Of a stretch of 64,000 nucleotides of DNA, positions 58,467 to 64,000 are shown in pieces. The notes under the pieces were generated by a model that searched no databases, was not told the origin of the DNA, and was given only the letters and a program-made list of their open reading frames with translations. Each line of letters starts with the position of its first letter. The stretch's first letter is position 1. The DNA lies in assembly GCF_009914755.1 (NCBI RefSeq), contig NC_060947.1; one strand, written 5' to 3'. Origin of the DNA: the human T2T-CHM13v2.0 reference genome, Homo sapiens. Position numbers and translations under genes: made by a program.

Positions 58467-59784
58467 AATATTTTAAAAGACAGTAGATACCACAAGATTT
58501 GCTTGTGCATTGGATATGAGATGAGAGAAAGAGAGGAATTACATGATTCTACATTTTGTTTGTTCTTCAAAATAGTAGATTTATCACAGAACAATAGTAC
58601 CATAATACATTCTATGAAAAAATATTCTGTGGTCAAATAAGTTTTGTAAATTGCACATTCTATATGGTACATCATGCTTTTGCATATTAACTACACACAT
58701 GAGCATATTATAGGTTCCTGGAAGACTTGATTTAAAAATAAGTGAACAGATGAATGAATGAATAAATGATGATGGTTAATTTTATGTGTCAACTTGATTC
58801 CATTAAGAGATGCCTAGGCAGCTGACAAAATATTATTTCTTGGTGTGTCTCTGAGGGTATTTCTAGAGAAGATTAGCATTTGAACCAATATACTGAGTAA
58901 AGAAGATCCACCCTAACAAATGTGGATGAACATCATCCAGTCCATCAAGGGCCTGGAAATGGAAGCAGCCTCCCCACTCACAATGGTTATCAGTCTTTTC
59001 ACCTCCTTCTGAGAGGATTAACCATGCATTGGCTGAGGAGATGGTAATGGCCTTTACCTACCCTGAAGCAGTTGCCATGGAAGACAATGCCAATTCTTCT
59101 CAGGACCCACTGCCACCACTACTCTTTGCTTTTAGACTTATAACTAAAGTCACAGCAGGCCCCTAACGTTGAGGTACAAAGTGTGACTCATGAGATGGTG
59201 TACTACACCCCAAAACAATTACTTGACTTTCCCAATTAATAGAAACAAAAATCTGAGAACATGTGTGGAAATAAATATTAATGGCAAGAGATAATGGTGG
59301 AAACAACACAAAGTTGGATCCAGCTAAATTTCTTGATATGGGCCCACTAAGCAGAGATGTTGCATTTAACGTTACAGTGGCTTGGGGATTTGGAAAGGGC
59401 TCTAACAATTTGGTTGATTGGCTGAAACATGGATCAAAAGATAGCTCACCATGAGCAAATTGTAAATGAATAATCTCCCATTAACATAGAGGAAGGAAAT
59501 CAAAAGCTTAAGGAGATTGGAATGTAAGAGCAAATTTGTCATTTAAGACATACCTACCCACCCTGGGTGGGTCCATAGGACAAATCTTTCACCAATACTT
59601 TGAGAAATAAATTTGTGAGGGGAGCCTCAGCATCCTTGAAGAGCTCAGCAATTGCTCTTGTCCATAGGCCAGACTTTATAGTGGGAATGGAAACTGCAGC
59701 CACTCAAATGAAAAACCTAAATGCAATGGAAGGAATTGGATCCCAGGATGCTAGAGGTCAAGCTGTGTCATTCAACTACAAAAG

Positions 59785-62145
59785 GCAGCCCAAGAAGCAG
59801 TTTTCTTCCAGCAAGGCAAACAAACACACCTTCACTGTTCTACCTCAGGGGTATATCAACTTCCCAGCCCTATGTCATTATTTAGTTTGTAGAGATATTG
59901 ATTGCTTTTCCTTTTCACAAGATATACTGGTCCATTACCCTGATGACATTACAATGATTGGGCCTAAAAGGAAAAAAGTAGCACATACTCCAGATTCACT
60001 GGTAAGAGATTCATATGTCAGACAGTGGGAAATAAATCTGACAAAAATTCAGAGGCCTTCTACTCAGTAAAATTTCTAGGGTCCAGTGGTGTGGGGTATG
60101 TCAAGATATCCCATTTAAGGTGAAAGATAAGTTGATGCATCTGTCTCTCCTACAACCAGGAAAGAGGCTCAATGCCTAGTGGGCCTGTTTGGATTTGGGA
60201 GGCAACATATTTATCGTTTTGGTGTGTTACTCTGGTCCATTTACAGGGTGACCTGAAAAGCTGCTAGTGGATGTTGAGCGGATCCCAGAACAAAAGAAAG
60301 CTCTGCAACAGATCCAGGATGCTATGCAAGCCATTCTGTCACTTCATTCATATGATCCAATAGATCCAATGGTTCTTGAAGAGGCAATGGCAGACAGGGA
60401 TGCTTTTTGGAGCCTTTGGCAGGCCCCCATAGGTGAGTTGCAGTGCAGGTCTTCAGGATTTTGGAGCAAAGCTCTGCCATCTTCTGCAGATAAATCACTC
60501 TCCTTTTGCAAGACAGTTCTTGGCCTGCTACTGGGCCTTAGTAGAACCTGAACATTTGACCATGGGCAGCCAGGTTTTCAGGCAACCTGTGCTGCCCATC
60601 GTGAACTGGGTGTTATCTGACTTACCAAGTCATAAAGTTGGGCATGCACAGCAACAATTCATTATCAAATGGAAGTGGTATGTACCTGATTGGTCCCAAA
60701 AAGGCCCTGAAGGCAAAAGTAAGTTAAATAAAGAAGTGGCCCAAATGCCCATGGTCCTCACTCCTGCTACACTGCCTTCTCTCAGACTGCACCTATGGCC
60801 CATGGATCAATTAACAGAGGAAGAGAAGACTGGGGTCTGGTTTACAGATGGTTCTGCACAGTATGAAGGCACCACATGAAAGTGGACAGACCTATCTGTA
60901 GCTAAGGTTTGGTGGATGGTAAGGAACTTGAAAGGAACATGATTGGAAAACCGGTGACAAAGAAATTTGGGAAGAAGAAAATTGATAGACCCCTCTGAAT
61001 GAGCAAAAAAAAATGTGAAGAGATTTGTGTCGCAAGTGAAGGCATATTGAAAGGCTGATCTCAGAAAAGGAGAATTTTAATGATCAAGTGGATAGTCTGA
61101 CCTGTTCTGTGCATACTAGTCATCTTGTTTCCCCAGCCACTCCTGTCATTGCTCAATAAGCTCATGAACAAAGTAGCCATGGTGGCAAGGATGGAAGTTG
61201 TGTATAGGCTCAGAAGCATGGCCTTGCACTCACCAAGGCCAACCTGGCTATAGCCACAGCTGAGTGCTCAATCTGCTAGCAGTGGTAACCAGTATTGACC
61301 CCCAATATTGCACCATTCCCCAAGGTGAGCAGCCAGCTAGCTCATGGCAGGTTGATTATACTGAATTTTTTTCCATCATGGAAGGGGCAGCATTTGTCCT
61401 TACTGGAACAGACACTTAACCGGATACAGGTTTGCTTTCCCTACACACAATGCTTCTGCCAAAACTACCATCCATGCAATTATAAAATGCCTTATCCACT
61501 GTCACAGCATTTCACACAATATTGCTTCTGATGAAGAAACTCACTTCACAGCCAAAGAAGTGCAGCAACGGACCCATGCTCATTGAATTCACTGGTCTTA
61601 CCATGTTCCCCACTGTCCTGGAGCAGCTGGCTTAGTAAAATGGTGGAATGGCCTTTGGAAAACACTAGCTAGATGGCAATACCTTGCAAGACTGGGGCAA
61701 GTTTTGCAGACAGCTTTATATGCTCTGAATCAATTGTCCTATATATGGTACTGTTTCTCTCATAGCCAGGATTCACAGGTTCAGTAATCAAAAGGTGGAA
61801 ACAAGAGTGTCACCACTCACTCCTATCCCCACTAGCAAATTTTCTGCTTCTTGTTCCCATGACTTATGCTCTGCTGGCCTACAGGTCTTAGTTCCACTGG
61901 GAAGAATGCTTCCACTAAGAGATACAACAATAATTCCATTGAACTGGAAGTTAAGACTGCCACCTGGCCACTTTGTACTCCTCATGCATGAGTCAACAGG
62001 CCAAGAAGGGAGTTATGTTGTTGTCTGGGGTGATCAATCTGGCTTACAAAGGGGTAATGGCTTACAACTCGACAATGGAGGTAAGGGAGAATATGTCTGG
62101 AATACAGGAGATCCCCTAGGGTGTCTCTATTATCATGTCTTCTGA
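59785..62145 (+). pseudogene. ERV-L pol (RT, RNase H, integrase) and dUTPase remnants
   Basis: FTVLPQGYINFPALCH and LVHYPDD (RT, YxDD), WFTDGSAQY (RNase H), catgaacaaagtagccatggtggc (integrase HHCC start), IPLNWKLRLPPGHF (dUTPase after integrase); many stops and frameshifts; no env. Confidence 0.88.
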
Positions 62146-63204
62146 TTAAGGTCACCTCAAAACTATGACAACTCAATTCCAGGCAGCAAACAGCTCAGAC
62201 TTTTCAGGACTGAAGGGTTTTTACCATGGGTAAAGAATTAGGACCAACCAAGCTTCTTGCTGAAGGCAAAGAAAACATAGACTGAGTAGTAGAAGAAGGT
62301 AGTTATAAATACCAGCTACAATCACTTGACCAGTTAGAGAAATGAGAATGCCATGAGTGTTTCCACTTTATTGTATTATTAATATGTTTGTGTGTATATA
62401 TACATGTATTAAGCAAATATCTTTGTTTTATTTCCTCTTGTATTCCCTTATCATGTAACATAAGATGCATTGACTTCATATCAGTATTTAAGTGTTGCTA
62501 ATTTTCCATCATAGTATTTGAGTTACGGGATATCAGAAGAGCGAACATCACTTAGAGACTTCACTGTGTCTTCTAGGGAGGGAACTCATATATTTTCAGT
62601 TATATGCAGGATAGTTGTATCCTGTTAGGTGGAAATATAAATTGTTACTGTCTTCATGTGGAGATTAATTATGGTTTAACAAGATACAGATGGGTGCCAG
62701 GTTAACAAGGGGTAGACTTGTGATGGATAATTTACATGTCAACTTGGATGTGTTAAGGAATGCCCAGACAGCTGGTCAAACATTATTTCTGGGTGCATTA
62801 CTGACAGTGTTTCAGGAAGAGATTAGCATGTGAGTCAGCAGACTCAGTAAAGAAGATTCACCCTCACCAATGTGAGCAGGTATCATTCAATCTGTTGAAG
62901 GCCCAATTAGAACAAAAAGATGGAGGAAGGGCAGATTCTCAATCACTTTCCTTCAGCTGAAGCATGTATCTTCTACTGCCCTCAGACATCAGAGCCTTCT
63001 GGATTCTCCAGCCTTTGGACTCTGGGACTTACACCAGTGGCCCCCCAGGATCTCAGGCCTTTAGCCTCAGACTAGGACTTATACCATCAGCGCCCATGTT
63101 TCTCAATTACATCACTGACATTCCTGGTTCTCTGGCTGGCAGATGGCATATCATCTCAGTCCCCGTAATCACACAAGCCAATTCCCATATTAAATCTTCT
63201 CTTA

Positions 63205-63290
63205 TATGTGTATGTATGTGTGCATGTGTGTGTGTGTCTATATTTATGTATGTGTATGTGTCTATATATATATATATACATATATATATG
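63205..63290. repeat. (TG)n/(TA)n microsatellite within the MLT2 3' LTR
   Basis: tgtgtgtgtgtgtc..tatatatatatatatacatatatatatg. Confidence 0.85.
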
Positions 63291-64000
63291 TAAAAATTCT
63301 ATTGATTCTGTTTCTCTGGAGAACCCTAACTAATAAACAGTTTTCTCAATTATTTTGACCACACAACCCATTTTTTCTGGCATACAGGGGTTGGGGAGGC
63401 ACTTATTAACATTTCTTGGAACCACTGTCCTGACAAAAAGCACATGGGAAAATACAGCACTACAAAAAAATTATTAATGATCTTTAGATGAAATTTTTCC
63501 AGATACCACTCTGAGTGGAAGAATGCCTCTCCAGCGGCAAAATATACAGTCTAAGGTTTCAACAGGAATAGTGGCATTTGTTAATACTGTACTGTCATTG
63601 TGATTTCTGTGAAAAAGTCCTCAATTGGGACCAAACTATGAGTTGTTAACAAAAGAATTATTACACCTTCTCTATAGTCAAAGGTTAGAAGTTACAAGGT
63701 GTTAATAAGCAAACAGAGTATGAGCAGCATACCAAGAATACTCTTCTTTAGCTATTTAAAGCATGCATTTTTTTGGATCAGAAATTTCTAGCACAAATAC
63801 TAAAAGTGGATTTCTTTACACAGCTGTCACCCTGGAGGAGTTCCTGTATGTCTTTCTTCATTCTGGTTCCTCAGAGGCATTTTAGTATCATGGAAACTCA
63901 GAGATGAAAAAGACTTTAAAATTTCTACCGAGCATAAGATTCTCTTTTACCAAGTCCCTGAAAGATTGCCATCTAACCACTTCTCAAAACTAGTAATAGG

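Larger units (their letters stand above)
56424..58560 (-). mobile_element. L2 3' region split by an L1MA element and an Alu
   Basis: ttattcaataaatatctatttagcacctattatattctggcac..ccctcatgaagcttacattctagtggg; resumes at ~58104 and ~58467. Confidence 0.65.
58767..63337 (+). mobile_element. Deleted ERV-L provirus: truncated MLT2 5' LTR (58767-~58958), gag/pol/dUTPase remnants, MLT2B/D-type 3' LTR (62719-63337)
   Basis: Both LTRs begin gatgg(t/a)taattt..atgtcaactt; PPT caaggggtagact before 62719; LTR end ctctggagaaccctaactaat. Confidence 0.92.
58585..63460. mobile_element. MER103-like hAT fossil (58585-58745 and 63338-63460) split by the ERV-L provirus
   Basis: ttctgtggtcaaataagtttt on the left and its inverted partner attttgaccacacaaccc on the right. 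Confidence 0.55.

Overview
AT-rich, gene-poor primate (probably human) genomic DNA made mostly of transposable elements. It holds several LINE-1 copies of different ages (5'-truncated L1PA2-like and L1PA3-like, full-length L1PA7-like and L1MA2-like, older L1M fragments), Alus, ERV1 and MaLR solo LTRs, two two-LTR THE1 elements, a deleted ERV-L provirus (gag-pol-dUTPase, no env), DNA-transposon fossils (Tigger1, MER5, MER45A, MER20, MARNA, MER103), and L2/MIR fragments. The only host-gene-derived sequence I recognise is a frameshifted RPS29 processed pseudogene. I found no intact cellular protein-coding gene; the long ORFs in the track are L1 or ERV remnants, or chance ORFs in repeats. I cannot support a new biological system here. 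The most interesting signals are local rearrangements: an inverted duplication at the RPS29 pseudogene stop codon, a templated patch inside an AluJ, a ~240-bp unplaced insert at an L1 deletion junction, a doubly deleted L1 that keeps both ends, and deep TE nests. Subfamily names come from remembered consensus sequences and need RepeatMasker/Dfam confirmation; boundaries of old repeats are approximate.
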